Part shown: one piece after another, positions 11,402-24,852 of the stretch
Layout: the number at the start of each line of letters is the position of its first letter
Numbering within the stretch: position 1 is the stretch's first letter
Assembly (NCBI GenBank): GCA_951406725.2
Contig: OX597835.1
Span: 46,376,001-46,440,000, forward strand
DNA: 64,000 nucleotides
Source of the DNA: Octopus vulgaris
Taxonomy: Eukaryota
Direction of reading: 5' to 3'
Notes under the pieces: model-generated
The model's input: the letters and a program-made list of their open reading frames with translations, nothing else
Told to the model about the DNA's origin: nothing
The model's database searches: none
Program-made: the position numbers and the translations under genes

Positions 11402-13255
11402 TTTTTTTTTTAATTTAGAGTACATTTTGACCGGCTGCCTACTCGCTAGCAAGGTCGTGAAGGAAAGACCCTTAAATTAATCGTCATCGTTTAAATCTTG
11501 AAAAAGGTCTTTCAGATTTTTATAGTCTCTGATATCGTGATTATTTGTAGTGTATGAATTAAGGATTTGCATTCTCTCCCCAACATTCCAACTTCAGCCA
11601 TACTTTGCTCCAGGCGGTTCGCTATGTATCCTGTCGCTCCAATGATAATAAGTATGAAGCTGAAAGTGTATCCTGGGTGCAGAATTTGCAAAATCGTTAC
11701 TAATGGTCCATAGATGTCCTCTCTCCCTTGTATTTTTCTAACCACATTATTGTCAAGAGGTTAACCAATTCCCACTACAGAACATATTTATCTCCTTGTG
11801 ACCCACACAACACTAGCTGGACGGCTGTCTTTTTCATTTGGTTCTACGAATATATTTTTGACTCATCGGTCTCAGTATAATCAATTTCGTTTGTTGGAGC
11901 TTTTTTAATATATAATTCTGTTCCAAACTGTTCTGGCCATCCCTTCATGCCTCGTGGGAACATAATATCTGAAAGACATTCTGTCACAGTTGGAAATAAT
12001 GTGGTCGATATCTTCAGTTTTGACCTTGCATAGCTGATATTTGTTTTTGTCAACCTTTTTTGCTTCTTATACTGTAGGTACTTGATGAGGGTCTCTTATT
12101 CTTGAATTATATAGAGGTAACTTCGAAACGGGATGTCAAAAACTTGGCACTCCATGATCAATCCTTTCTATTGTTCGTGTTTCTCGTGTCAAGTGCCTAT
12201 ATACTATCTTCTCAGGGAACTGCTCCATTATTTTACCTTGTTCTTCTGATAAATACATCTTACCAATACTCTTTGGGGAGAGATCTGTATCACCTCTTAT
12301 TCTATTCCTTTCCTCGTGTTCATTCGCTATTCTAATTGTTAGTGATTTCATGGTTTGCAAACAGGAACAAAATAGTTACTGCTCTCTTTCTTCTGCTTCA
12401 GATGTTGTTTCAGTGTCACAATACGTGCTTCATATGAGATCATGACCACCATACTCACGTGGGAAGATTAGACTGTCCACATCTCCATCGATGTTCAAGT
12501 TTCCTGTAATACTGGTAAGCTTGCTAGTTCGAACATTTGTCTGACCGAGTTCTTACAGTGACCAGTTCAGAAGGCCAAAAATAGGCGTGAGGCAATATAC
12601 TTAGTGGTATAGGCAATATACTTAGTGTAATCTGAGAGGTTTGATGACCATATTGTTTTTACTTTCCTGAGGTATTTATTCTGGTCTTCTCATTATTTAT
12701 GTGTCCATCATACCCGACATTCTCATCTTGTCCACGATACCTATAATCGTCACCTAGATGTAAATGTTTTGCTTTGAAGCAATTCATAACTTTTCCACGT
12801 TTCATTGTAAAAAGAAGTGCACATTTGACCTCACCAAATTTCATTCCCATGTCTGTAGACATGGGTAGTGAGGCCCAAGTGCTTTTTTATATGGTTGATA
12901 TTTGGCCCATGGTTTCAAATCGTCGACAAAGAAAAGATGAGAGATATTTTGGGCTTTATTTCTATGGCTACTATGTTTTGTGAGCATGTATGATAGTGGA
13001 TTTAATGAGAGGACGAAGAGCAACACCGACAGGATATTACCCTGAAAGACAGCCTTTTGGTAGTGATTCCTAACCGCCTCGATTTGCTCCCTATCACTCA
13101 TAAGGAGTTAAGTGGTGTACCAAGTCTTGGTCGGGCGTCCAATAGTGCTCACTACTGGTTGTGGTGTTTTAACTAACTGTAAGGCCCAGATAATCCAAAC
13201 ATGCGGGGTACCTTCAAAAGCCTTCTGGTAGTCCAACCACACTACAGTTAATCTG
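11402..13255 (-). mobile_element. Degenerate R4/Dong-clade LINE (RT to restriction-like endonuclease, 3' A-rich end)
   Basis: Minus-strand motifs WLDYQKAF, FQGNILSVLLFVLSLNPLS, ISHLFFVDDLK, MKFGEVKCA, IIIGATG, ISETIKI; many stops and frameshifts; poly-A at ~11402-11411. Confidence 0.85.
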
Positions 13256-13499
13256 TGATACGTGGTTTGCTGTAACCCGAAGTGTCAGACTCGGAGCTGT
13301 CATTGTTTGCGGTTGCTCCAGTAGGATCAACGTCAAGGTTATTTTCAGAGCCCTTCACAATTCCTTGTTAGGAGTCACTGTGTGTCTGTCAACTTAATGT
13401 AGGTGATGGTGTCAGGGACTGTGATTAGATGAAATGGTGTAGTAGCAATTATACGAGCAACACGTCTTTTAAAATTGGTCGACGCGCCTTGCGATAGCA

Positions 13500-13790
13500 G
13501 CCGTTAATTATGTCAGTGTGACAGCGACATGCTCGGAAGTTGTTCAGGTTCAATTTTCAGATCAGAGACGGCTGATTTTTGTTGGTTAACTTGTATCTGC
13601 AAATACCTTATGAAATTCTGGATAAACTTACGTGATTTTCTTCTATGAATTATCCATTTCGAAGCATCCAGGTGCGTGAATAATCTTTATAGTAAAACGT
13701 ATGACGTCGTGTTTCTGACATGACTTTAGGAAATCAATCTGGCAGCGTGTCTTGGCTCAATTCTTCGACAGCTTGAATATGGCTGCTGTA
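13500..13790 (-). pseudogene. Relic resembling the N-terminal region of a PLE ORF
   Basis: AKTRCQIDFLKSCQKHDVI (13694-13756) resembles the K...I.FL..C....V.P N-terminal motif; short match only. Confidence 0.4.
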
Positions 13791-14329
13791 GTCATGCCTG
13801 ACTTTGGCACGACAATAGCACGGTAGTAGAGTTTGCATGAAGCATTGTCAGATATATAAAAATATTTGTGATTTCTTTTTATCAAACCAAAATAATTCTG
13901 GTTGTAAGGGAAAATACAGGTTGATGGTTAATACATTTAAATTGTATTTCAATATTTCAGAGTTAGGAGCTTTCTACAGGAAATCTTCGGAGAAATGGTG
14001 TACTGAGACCATACTTCTTTTTTTTTTATAGTGTATGTGTGTGTGTATCTGTGCGTGTGTGTGTGATTAATTATATTTAAAATATCTTACATATATGTTT
14101 GTGTACATATACACTCACACACACACATAGATATCTATATATGTATACACACATACATGACCTACTCACTATTAGTGTTAAGTGTTCAGTTAGTTTTCCC
14201 TTGATATATAAAAACATGAATGTGTACGTGTTTGTGCCTTTGTATGTGTGTATATGTGTGCATACTTATGTATATATAAAAATAGAAATATATCTGTAAT
14301 TCCTACGCATACATATGAATATAAAACTT

Positions 14330-14620
14330 AAAGACAGTGAAGAATCAATATGTTTCACTTCTTCCGCCTATCATTACAATTCAACTAACAATTTATCAAT
14401 CAATTAATCCAATGATTGATAGATATTAATTTTATTCCTATTTTGTTTATTTTTATTTATATCTTATATTGCTGGGGTGTTTTTCCACTCTGGTATACTT
14501 TCCTACATAACATCTCGGATGAAGAATTTAGATACAAGATCTTAATTTACAGTGAGGGATATAACGAATTCCGTCAGCTGTATTGTTCGAACGATTCCTA
14601 GTTTATTAAACGCAGGAGGA
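14330..14620 (+). mobile_element. Old PLE 3' end with relic HHR
   Basis: AACAT..GGATGA-AGAATT...AATTCC-(GAAA lost)-CAGCTG-TA-TTGTT at 14509-14587. Confidence 0.4.
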
Positions 14621-14899
14621 TAGAAAGGAAATTTGATCTTGGCATTATATAAAAGCAGGAAAATATAGTACCATTTTCTTCTCAAATTTGCTGGTTTTAC
14701 ACTATAATTAGAAAGCATTTTATTTGAAGGCAGAAATTCAAAGTCCATATTTCGCTTCTGCGTGTCGCGATAATTATCACGTTTATGAATTGCCTTCCAT
14801 CCTCTCAGTTTCGATAAAATAAAGTATCAACCTAAGGAATCAGATTGAAGACATCGTCGCTAGTTTGATGGGACAAAATACTCTACAGAATTTATTGTT

Positions 14900-16200
14900 T
14901 TTTTTATGATCTGAGTACCCTGTCATGTGTAACGAACTTTGTAGGGATCAACAAGTCCTCGTTGCAAATTTTCATAAATACTCCATTTAGCCTTGACTTC
15001 ATTAGTTTCCTCCCCCATCTGATCTACTCCTTCTCAATATTTGTTTTCATTTCTGTAGTTAGTACCCTGTCAGATTCTCATACTCCTGGATACTTATAAC
15101 TCTCTCTCTCTCTCTCCTTTCAATGATTTTAATGTCTGGCCATCTGGTAATTGGATGCCTTCGCTGTTGCCTGCTTCTTCCCTTCTCATTACTAACGTTG
15201 CACACTTATCTATACCAAATTCCATGCCTGTATCTTTACTGAAGAGTCTTACAGTCTGTATTAAGGAATCTATCTCTTTTTCATTCTTACTAAAAGCTTC
15301 AGATCATCCATATAGAGCAAATGGTTAATTTTTCCCCTACTATTTCTGAACTGATACCCTACATTTTCCTTCCTTAATAATAAAACTGAAGGGGATCAAA
15401 CATTAGAAAAATAGTAAAGGGGACAGCGAGTCCCGTAGAAAATTCCTCTTTTGATATTAACTTTCCCTGAGAGTGTGTCACCTGAGTAGAGATCTACTTT
15501 CCATTCCTTCATGCTAAAGCTAATTAAATCTCTTATGTTGTCTGCAATTACTGAATAGACTCAAACATCCACTTAGCCATGAGTGTGGGATCATGTCATA
15601 GGCTTTCCTATAATCTATCCATGCTATTGTTAGATTTTTCTTTCTAGCTTTTACTTCATTTAGAACTGCTTTGTCTATATATAATAGATCATGCGTTCCT
15701 TTAGCCTTCTTCCTGCAACCTTTCTGTTCTGGCAGTAAATTCTGTTTTGCCAAGGTGCTCGTAAATGCTTTCTGAAAGCATTCCTGTAAACAGCTTCCAC
15801 ACTAATGGTAAGCTAGTGATTGAACTATAGTTGCTAGCTGTATCACCCTTGCTCTTATCGTTCATAATGAGTATTGTCCTCCCTCTACTCATCCAATATG
15901 GTATTATTCCTCCATTAAGGTAATCTTGAAGTTGTTCCCTCAGCCTCCCATTAAACTATTAAATTGCTTTAGCCAGTATTCCTTGAACTCATTCTGGTGC
16001 TGGGCCCTTCCAATTCGGCAATTTTCCTAACACTCTACTCATTAATTCACAAGCTTATCTTAAAGCTGGCTACGTCTTCCCTCACTTTCCTTAACCATAT
16101 TGCATCTCCATTATGATTGACTGGCTTATCTCAAATATTACTTCTGCATTACTTCTTCTGTATTAAGTTTTTTTTATGTTCAGTACTTCGTTCTCCACTA
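14900..16200 (-). mobile_element. Degenerate R4/Dong-clade LINE RT fragment
   Basis: GRTILIMNDKSKGDTASNYSSITSLPLVWKLFTG, EQKGCRK, AWIDYRKAYDMIPHSWL, NHLLYMDDL, MEFGIDKCA. Confidence 0.9.
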
Positions 16201-16300
16201 TTTATTTCGTTATAAAATAAGTACCAGTTGAATACTGGGATCGATGTAATCGATTCATCTCCTTCCCTAATATTGCTGCCCATGTGGCAAAATTTGAAAC

Positions 16301-16302
<2 letters not shown>

Positions 16303-16378
<76 letters not shown>

Positions 16379-16537
16379 ACCAGAATTATTGGACTTCGTT
16401 CTCCACTATTTATTTCGTTATAAAATAAGTACCAGTTGAATACTGGGATCGATGTAATCGACACGTCCCCTAAGCTTCCCTTGTGACAAAAATTAGCAGA
16501 AATAATAACAATAATAATAATAATAATAATAATAATA

Positions 16538-16608
<71 letters not shown>

Positions 16609-16620
16609 CATTATTATTAG
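16303..16620. repeat. (ATT)n/(AAT)n microsatellite blocks with intervening SINE fragments
   Basis: (ATT)n at 16303-16377; (AAT)n then (ATT)n at 16501-16618. Confidence 0.9.
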
Positions 16621-17187
16621 TATCATTGCCTTTGCACAGCTTCTAACGCTGGAAATGTACTACGGTGTCACTACCGGTGAACTAAGGTAACACCTCTTAT
16701 TTCTCGAGCACCTTCTAGAGTATTCGAGCTGTTCCAAGCAGTGCTGTTTTCTGCAAGTGCTCCACCCTTATTGCAGCCCCTATTTGTTCCATGTACTTCT
16801 CGAAATTTTTGGTCACTCTTCCCAGGGCTCCGACAATTATTGATACTACTGCTACCTTTTTCACGGACCACAACTTCTTAACTTCCCAAGCTAATCTGTT
16901 ATATCTTTCGACTTACCTTTCTTCCTTATCGCATACCATGTTGTCAGCTGGGCATGCTATGTCTATGATCCAGCATCGTTTCCTTTCTTTCTCAATTAAG
17001 ACTATGTCTGGTTTCCTATTCTCTATCTCATGGTCGCACTGAATCATAAAATCCCATAGGATCTTTGCATTTCTGTTTTTGACAATACCCTTCAGGTTTG
17101 TGGTCGTATCAATTTTTTGCTCTGTCAAGTCCATACTTGTTGCAAAGTGTCCAATGGATAAGCCTGGCTATATTGTCGTGACGTCCT
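16620..17187 (-). mobile_element. R4/Dong-clade LINE 3' fragment (restriction-like endonuclease) ending in (TAA)n
   Basis: KILWDFMIQCDHEIENRKPDIVLIEK...IIDIACP, IIVGALG, LQKTALLGTARIL; the 3' end runs into (TAA)n, the known Dong target. Confidence 0.9.
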
Positions 17188-17189
17188 TC

Positions 17190-18722
17190 TAAGAAATGAG
17201 GGGACGAAAGCCGTTCGATAGGTCCGGGTAGAAGCGGTGCAACGTGGCAACAAAGCCAAAACTCGGTCTTTGACGGGACGGGTTGGGCGTTTGCAACACG
17301 AATCTACGCAGATGTGTACGGAATTTCAGCGGCACTTCGCCGAACTATTCGGGGCGCGCGGTGTGTCGAGGGTGGAGGTGGATTTCACCTCCTACCTCGA
17401 CAGCATGCCGTTCCTTTTGGCCAACGATACGGAGTTCTGAAAAATGTCGATAACAGCCGAAGACATACAAAGGAGAGGTCACTGGGCTGGATGGTCTGCC
17501 CTTCGAACTTTATCATCGTATGCTTGATGCCTACCACAACTGGCAGCAGAATGGGAGAGTACCCAGTGCTGTGAGCCCATGGTGGTCCTGTCGAGAAAGG
17601 ACCCGAAAGAGGGAGACCAAATAGATAATTTCAGGCCCATAATTCCGCTGGACGCAGATTATAAGATTTTGGCCAAGGTCTTAGCCAAGAGGATGGCGCT
17701 TATCGTCGATAGGTTGGTCGGTGATACACAGACATGCGCTATGCCGAAATGATATATCAACCTCTATTTCATGCGTTACATCATAGAGAAGCGGGTGAAG
17801 GAACCTGGCATGGGTGGGACACTGATCAATTTGTATCAATCGAAAGCATTTGACAGGGTCGACCATCAATACTTGGCAGCAGCCGGCTTCGGTCCCGTTC
17901 TCAGAGGTTGGATCGCTGCAATGTGCCGTGACGTCTGTTCGGTGGTCAAAGTAAACGGCCACCTATCGTAATCGTTTAGCATCGCTCGTTCGGTTCGTCA
18001 AGGATGTCTATTCTCAAAGATGTACAGGCGGCGAGCTGGTAGAAGCGTTAGCACGCCGGGCGAAATGCTTAGTGGTACTTCGTCTGCCGTTACGTTCTGG
18101 GTTCAAATTCCGGCGAGGTCGACTTTGCCTTTCATCCTTTCGGGGTCGATAAATTAAGTGCCAGTTATGCACTGGGGCCGATGTAATCGACTTAATTCCT
18201 TTGTCTGTCCTTGTTTGTCCCCTCTATGTTTAGCCTCTTGTGGGCAATAAATAAATAAGGATGTCCATTCTCTCCTCTTCTATACTTGCTAGCTCTCGAG
18301 CTATTACTGAGAAAGTTGGATACTTCGAGGGGCATGCCGCGTGATCTAGGATGCGGAAGGTTCGTCGGAATATACAGATGACGTCACCGTAATAGTGTCG
18401 GACAGCTCGGAAATCGAGGTGATCGGCACTACCTTAAGGGTGTACAAAGCGGTGACAAGAGCGAAAATGAATCTGGACAATCGGTGGGCCTGCAGTTTGG
18501 CACCTGGAGAGGCAGGTCCATGCCAACCGGCAGCATTGTAGGGCGGTGCACGGAAGGACCGGTTAATTGCTCGGGGTCTGGTTTAGTCCGGACCTCAAGG
18601 GGGACAAGAATTTGGGGGAGGTGACGAGCAGAGTAGTCAATCTCACCCAGAAATAGTCAAAGAGGAAAAGCTGTCCTTGAAAGGTTGGATGGAAGTGGCG
18701 AATGCGTACATTGCTTCCGTCA
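17190..18722 (+). mobile_element. Degenerate Tx1/L1-clade LINE ORF2 RT fragment, interrupted by a SINE
   Basis: GLDGLPFELY, DNFRPII.LDADYKILAKVLAKRM, KAFDRVDHQYL, SVRQGC|PFSPLLY, YTDDVTV. Confidence 0.88.
18027..18256 (+). mobile_element. SINE family A (LINE-tailed) with 16-bp TSD
   Basis: AAGGATGTC(T/C)ATTCTC at 18000-18015 and 18257-18272. Confidence 0.93.
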
Positions 18723-18829
18723 CCTATACCTTCAAGTCAGAGGACTCGCCAGCTCATTAGAAATATTGCTCATCATTTTTTAGACTAAATTATTTTTATT
18801 ATGGAGTGAGAGAGCGCAATGCATGCTTC

Positions 18830-19362
18830 AAATTGATGCTGGGGTACAAATATACATAGCCCAAAATACCCACCATGACTACCGTCTCATAAGGATACAC
18901 CAGGCACAAGCACCACAACCATAAGTGCGCAGCATGGTGATTTCATATTAGGATAAACAGCGTATGACCTTGCAGGTGGAGCCAAGCTAGAATGTTCTTC
19001 ATGTCGAGTAGCCCGTCCCGCCCAAAAGAGACCCGAATAAAAATTCCTTAAGGAAGATGAACGAAACACCCACGTTTCTAAAGGTGAGTTCCTCAAACAC
19101 GGAAGAATTCATCTCAACTCATGGCTATGATATTCCCCCAGTACTTTTGCTCGTGAGAGATGCACGTATCGTCAGCCACTGAAGGACGGGCTCAACTGGT
19201 TATGGTCAAGCAACTGACAAGCAAATCTGTGGTATTGAGCAGAATATTTGCTGTAGCCCATATTTTATACCAAGACAAAACATGTACATGTTAACACTTC
19301 CAATAAGTTAAAATCAAATGCCACGAGAACCACTGCATCAGGGCATTTATTATTATTATTAT
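18830..19362 (+). repeat. Unclassified interspersed repeat family D ending in (ATT)n
   Basis: Homologous to 47320-47610 (CAACTGACAAGCAAATCTGTGGTATTGAGCAGAATATTTGCTGTAGCCCA...GCATCAGGGCATT) and to 47870-47945. Confidence 0.8.
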
Positions 19363-19594
19363 TCTAATTATATCACATGTAATGTAGCATTGATGTAAAC
19401 AGGCGCTGAATTCGTAATGGAAGAGTGTGAAGTTTTGATTTCTCTATTCTATTTATTATCTTTCACGTGCATGAATAATGTCTTACGGAAAGACGTGGAT
19501 AACGTGAAGTTATTTACTGTTTAATTAGATAATTAATTAATTACTAATCAGGTTAGATAGACTACTTACGTATATCCGTATATGTACTTATTTA

Positions 19595-19638
<44 letters not shown>

Positions 19639-19751
19639 TGTATGTATGTATGTATGTATGTATGTATGTATGTATGTATGTATATATATATATATATTTA
19701 TATACATGTATATATACATGAATATATATATATATGTATATATATACATGA

Positions 19752-19782
<31 letters not shown>

Positions 19783-19826
19783 TATATGTATATATATATA
19801 GAGAGAGAGTGAGAGAGAGAGGGGGT

Positions 19827-19902
<76 letters not shown>

Positions 19903-20012
19903 TGAATGTATGGGAACACACCCACACATGTATGTATGTATATGTACATATATACGTATATACGCATGTACATATGTACGCATGCATGTATATGTAGAGA
20001 GAGAGAGAGATG
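19595..20012. repeat. Compound microsatellite (TA)n/(TATG)n/(GA)n/(GATA)n
   Basis: Read directly; representative of dozens of such blocks. Confidence 0.95.
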
Positions 20013-20465
20013 TATATGCACTACAAAGAATAACGGCGTGCAAGATATTTATGTGAGAAAGTTTAATTAAATACCTAAATTTATAACAACAATAATAATA
20101 ATAAATCATAATTAATTTATAATAAATTGGAAAAAATGACATTGTAGTCGTGAACACTTTAGTAATCTTATTAAGCCTTTAATTATAATCATGTTGGAAA
20201 ATAATTAAGTGGTTGAATATATTTACTTATGTAGATTATAATTATGAAATAACCTAATCTAATCTAATTGTTTCAAAATTACCATAAAATTAATCCAATC
20301 AGCTACTAGCATGTAGTAGTTTCCTTGTTATAATATAGATATCACAGTTTGTTGCCCTTAAGAAATTCTTCAGTGTCACAACTTTTCAAAATTTCTCCAC
20401 ATTCACAGGTGGGCATTTTAGCTGTTGCTCAATACCAGTTCTCTTGCAAAATTGTTAGAAATCTG

Positions 20466-20562
20466 TTCCGGGTTCAATCCCTCTACCTGGCACCATAGGC
20501 AAGTGTCTTCTACTATAGCCTTGTGAGTGGATTTGGTAGACGGAAACTGAAAGAAGCCCGTC

Positions 20563-20614
<52 letters not shown>

Positions 20615-20616
20615 GA

Positions 20617-20652
<36 letters not shown>

Positions 20653-20653
20653 G

Positions 20654-20715
<62 letters not shown>

Positions 20716-20920
20716 TATATATATGTATTTTTGTGTTCGTGTTTGTCCTTCCCGCCATCGCTTGACAACCGATGCTGGTATGTTTATGTCCTCGTAACGT
20801 AGCGGTTCGGCAAAAGAGACCGATCCAATAAGTACTAGACTAAGTCCTGAAGTCGATTTGTTCAACTAAATGCGCTGCACCAGCATGGTCGCAGTCAAAT
20901 GACTGAAACAAGTAAAAGAA
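20466..20920 (+). mobile_element. SINE family B with internally expanded (TA)n
   Basis: Family B sequence on both sides of ~160 bp of (TA)n at 20564-20725. Confidence 0.85.
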
Positions 20921-22698
20921 CAAAATGCGAACTGGATTCCGCTCAGCCGATTAATCCCTGCCCACAAAATTGCTGGACTTGCGCCTAAATAAAAGAAAAT
21001 CACTTGTTAGGGGAAGGGAGATGGCGGAATCTTGAGTGAGTCGAGGAAAAATGCTTCTGAAGAATTTGTTCAGTCTCTTTACATTGTGAGTTCAAATCTG
21101 CCCAAGGTCAACTTTCCTTTTCAGGGTCTATAAAATAAATACCAGGATCAAATGAATCAACCCCCACCTCTTTTGCGTAACCTGATCAACTATAGTTGCA
21201 ATATTTTTGCAAATCAAATTAAATTGTTTCTCATTATAATTTCATAATTTCTCAAATTAATAGAGACTGCTCATAGTCATTGTGTATAACGTTTAGTATA
21301 TAATTTTGTCTTCTTCCCGCTCTCAGCTTCAGATCGACCCAGTTTCAATTAATATTTCCGTCACAAAACATGAGCACACATAGATGTGTGGATCATAGAT
21401 ATAGTGGAGTACATTTAATCGACAACATTTATAATCAATAACTATAATCCTCCACATACTTAGGGAAAGTACAAGCCGTTCATGTCACAACTATGGATAT
21501 GTTTCGGTTTATTACGCCTCCTCAGTTACAATCTGACAAATTCATTATAGCTTTCTTCTCGAGTTACCACCACGTCAGTTTGTTAAATTCTTGACGTCGT
21601 TGTTGTTAGTTCCACATCATCTCTGAACGAACAGAGCCATGATTAAAAATCTTTCCATCCATGACCCATCTACTACATTTGCGTACATCATTTAAGTGTG
21701 TGTCTTCTTTAATATGGTAGGATGAAATTTGAGGGAAATTATTTCTAGCAGATAAGTAGACCGTGTAAAATGATTGCTGGGTATCTTTTCGTGATATTAT
21801 CCAAAAGTCTAATTGATTCAAGTAAAACAAAATCACTTCCAGACTTCTTCAAAAGTACCAAAATCATGTCATTGGCTCTTAAAATAGATTCATGTTCTAT
21901 ACAAAGAATCATATTCAAAAATTGTTTATTGGATCAGTTCATATAAAGAAAGAAACGCCAGATGTAAGAATAGTATACAAAGAAAAGTAAAAGAACTGAA
22001 TGATTTCATTCAAAAGATTTCATCAGCCTCATGAAAAATAATATAAATGTTGCTTCATTTTATTTATTTCTTTTGTTTCTTTTTGTAACTGCATCAAAAC
22101 CAGAAAATTTGAAATGTCAGAACAACTTGGATACTGTCTACCAGATTCAGCTGATTCTATGTTGTTTCTAAAAGAACAAGGAAAATTATGAAGAAATTTA
22201 TAAGAATTATTATGGATCGATTTTCGATTTCCCATAAGTGTTTCGTTTGCTACAGCTAGACAACTCAGGATATTTATTTTTGATTTATTACACCAATTGT
22301 TTGAAGAAATCTAATGAATTTCTGTTTTTAGATTTCCATTCAACCTAAAATTAATTAGTTGTTCCACAGTTATGAAAGGGGGATGGTTTATTTCGTAGTT
22401 GCCTTTCGAAGGTTGCTTGCATTTATTCACATTGTTAACATTATCACCTTTACCTTGAACAAAGTAAATAAGAATGCTATAATTTAAAATATCAGTGAGA
22501 TATAGAATCACAGGAATAGAGATCTGTACAATGCCTTCCGTTTTCTTTTTTTTTTTCCTAGAATAATTGTACATCAACTCTGAGTAATACAATTTTTAAA
22601 GTCAGTCTTCTGCGAGATAGCCAGTGATATCCTGTGTAAAGCTTACCGGTAGCGAATACTTAACGCATGAGTGCTGTTTAAGCGTCAGAAGCTCTCAA

Positions 22699-22929
22699 GG
22701 CGGCGAGCTAGCAGAATCGTTAGTGCGCCGGGCGAAATGCTTAGCGGTATTTCGGCTGCCGTTACGTTCTGAGTTCAAATTCCGCCGAGGTCGACTTTGC
22801 CTTTCATCCTTTCGGGGTCGATAAATTAAGAACCAGTTAAGCACTGGGGTCGATATAATCGACTTAATACCTATGTCTGTCCATGTTTGTCTCCTCTATG
22901 TTTAGCCCTTTGTGGGTAATAAAGAAATA
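22699..22929 (+). mobile_element. SINE family A (LINE-tailed)
   Basis: Full-length match to 2115-2340. Confidence 0.93.
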
Positions 22930-23182
22930 GAAAAATTTCTCTAAAGACATATAATGGTAAAAATGAAGAAAAAACTACAATAAACTGTGAAATACGTATC
23001 TGCCGTTCTCGTGAACACTTCTAGGAAGATTTGGTCACGCCTAGCTGTGGAGAATTCAGTGTTCTCTTTAACACCATATATCTTTTAAAAGTATTTTCCT
23101 GGACAATAAACTGTAATTTCTGGCAGTTAAACAACATACGCATGTTAAGCATGTGGTATTGGTAACGCTCAGTTAGCTTGCT

Positions 23183-23460
23183 TGGCCTAGTGGCTAAGGC
23201 GTCCTGCTCGCGATCGCGAGATCGTAGTTTCAATTCCTATACCGAGTGGTGCGTTGTTTTCTTGAGCAAAACACTTGATCTCGTGTTTATTCTGTCATCA
23301 CTCCGACACCTGACGTGTGGTACAGTGTGCACCTGTACAGGCAACGTCAATTCAATGGAGCGAGCAAACTAATGTACAGCAGATAAATTTCGTCAACATA
23401 AATCATTTGTGCCGGTCGTTCAGCACGACATTGCCTTCAACTCACTGCATGAGAGGCAAC
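23183..23460 (+). mobile_element. SINE with family C-like head and a different tail
   Basis: TGGCCTAGTGG A-box, GTTTCAATTCC B-box-like, TTCTTGAGCAAAACACTT core. Confidence 0.7.
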
Positions 23461-23652
23461 CATTAATGGTCATGTTTACATTATAGAAGGGCTTTTATTG
23501 CACAATTGGAATTTATTCTATATGAAGATGTTTCTATTAAATGCATTTAATAAAATGTACCTGAAAGAAAACAATAATCAAAATTAAACCTGTTTATCAC
23601 GTTCGATTCTATAAGTTTAAATACTCGTAATTATATGATATTTGTTTTAGAA

Positions 23653-23883
23653 GGCGGCGAGCTGGCAGAAACGTTAGCACGCCGGGCGAAATGCGTAGCC
23701 GTATTTTGTCTGTCGTTACGTTCTGATTTCAAATTCCGCCGAGGTCGACCTTGCCTTTCATCCTTTCGGGGTCGATAAATAAAATACCAGTTTCACACTG
23801 GGGTCGATGTAATCGACTCAATCCCTTTGTCTGTCCTTGTTTGTCCCCTCTGTGTTTAGCCCCTTGTGGGTAGTAAAGAAATA
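23653..23883 (+). mobile_element. SINE family A (LINE-tailed) with TSD
   Basis: ATATTTGTTTTA present on both flanks. Confidence 0.93.
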
Positions 23884-24550
23884 TGTAATATTTGTTTTAA
23901 GTTCGGATTTACTTACACCAATAGTCTAAACCATAATTCAAATATATGTGAAAATAAGCTAAATTGAAATATATCTTGATTTCTCTTCGTCGGTGAAGCT
24001 TTAGGTGCTACCGTCATAACGGAAAGATTGTCACTGGCATTTAAGTGTCGGAGATTGTTCCTTTTCAGGTCGATCCACAGTTGTTCTCTCTGAGAGAAAT
24101 GATCGAGAATATCTATCAACACCATTGCTAATTCATTTATCGACCCAGAAAGGATACACGACAAATTTCCCATCTGTGGTATTTGAACACGGGGCACAAG
24201 CATTCAGTTTAGATTTAATGTTTGTTTTTGTAGTTGCAAAATAAATCGACAAAGAATTCGTTTATATTTTGCCAAAAAGAAAAACGAACAGTAAATTTTT
24301 TTTGACGTTTTTAAAATGAAATAAATAAGCAAGTGATTAGAATATTTTTCAAGACTTGTAGCTTTGTAATTTTATTTTTAAAAAATAATTTTGATATCAT
24401 TGCAGACATTAATCTTCACCTCACCCACGTGAATTACTTTGTGTAACCTTGTGAATTACCTCACACATCCTCAGTTCTGCACGCATCTTTGTAAGTTTCT
24501 GATATTTATTCATAATAAAATATTTATAATATTTTTTTTTTAAATAACAC

Positions 24551-24598
<48 letters not shown>

Positions 24599-24794
24599 GA
24601 AAAAGTGTTAATATAATATATTTTATCAATTTATAATCAATTGATTCTTAGGTTTAAAATGTTATGAACGGTTGAAAATATGAAAAACAAATTCTTTTTT
24701 ATACCCTGGCTGAAAGTAATATTAGTACTACATTATTTATCGTTTATATTTATTTTACATATGAAATATAAATGTACATTCAGCAGCGTTTTAC

Positions 24795-24852
<58 letters not shown>

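Larger units (their letters stand above)
21300..24130 (-). pseudogene. Probable Mutator-like (MULE/SWIM) transposase relic interrupted by three SINEs
   Basis: Collinear minus-strand motifs: ILIYFVQG, FITVEQLINFRLNGN, SSNNWCNKSKINILSCLAVANETLMG (22592-22029 is one frame with one internal stop), YLNQLDFWIISR, then CCRL...HIYVCSC (21362-21439). Recognised by eye only. Confidence 0.45.
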
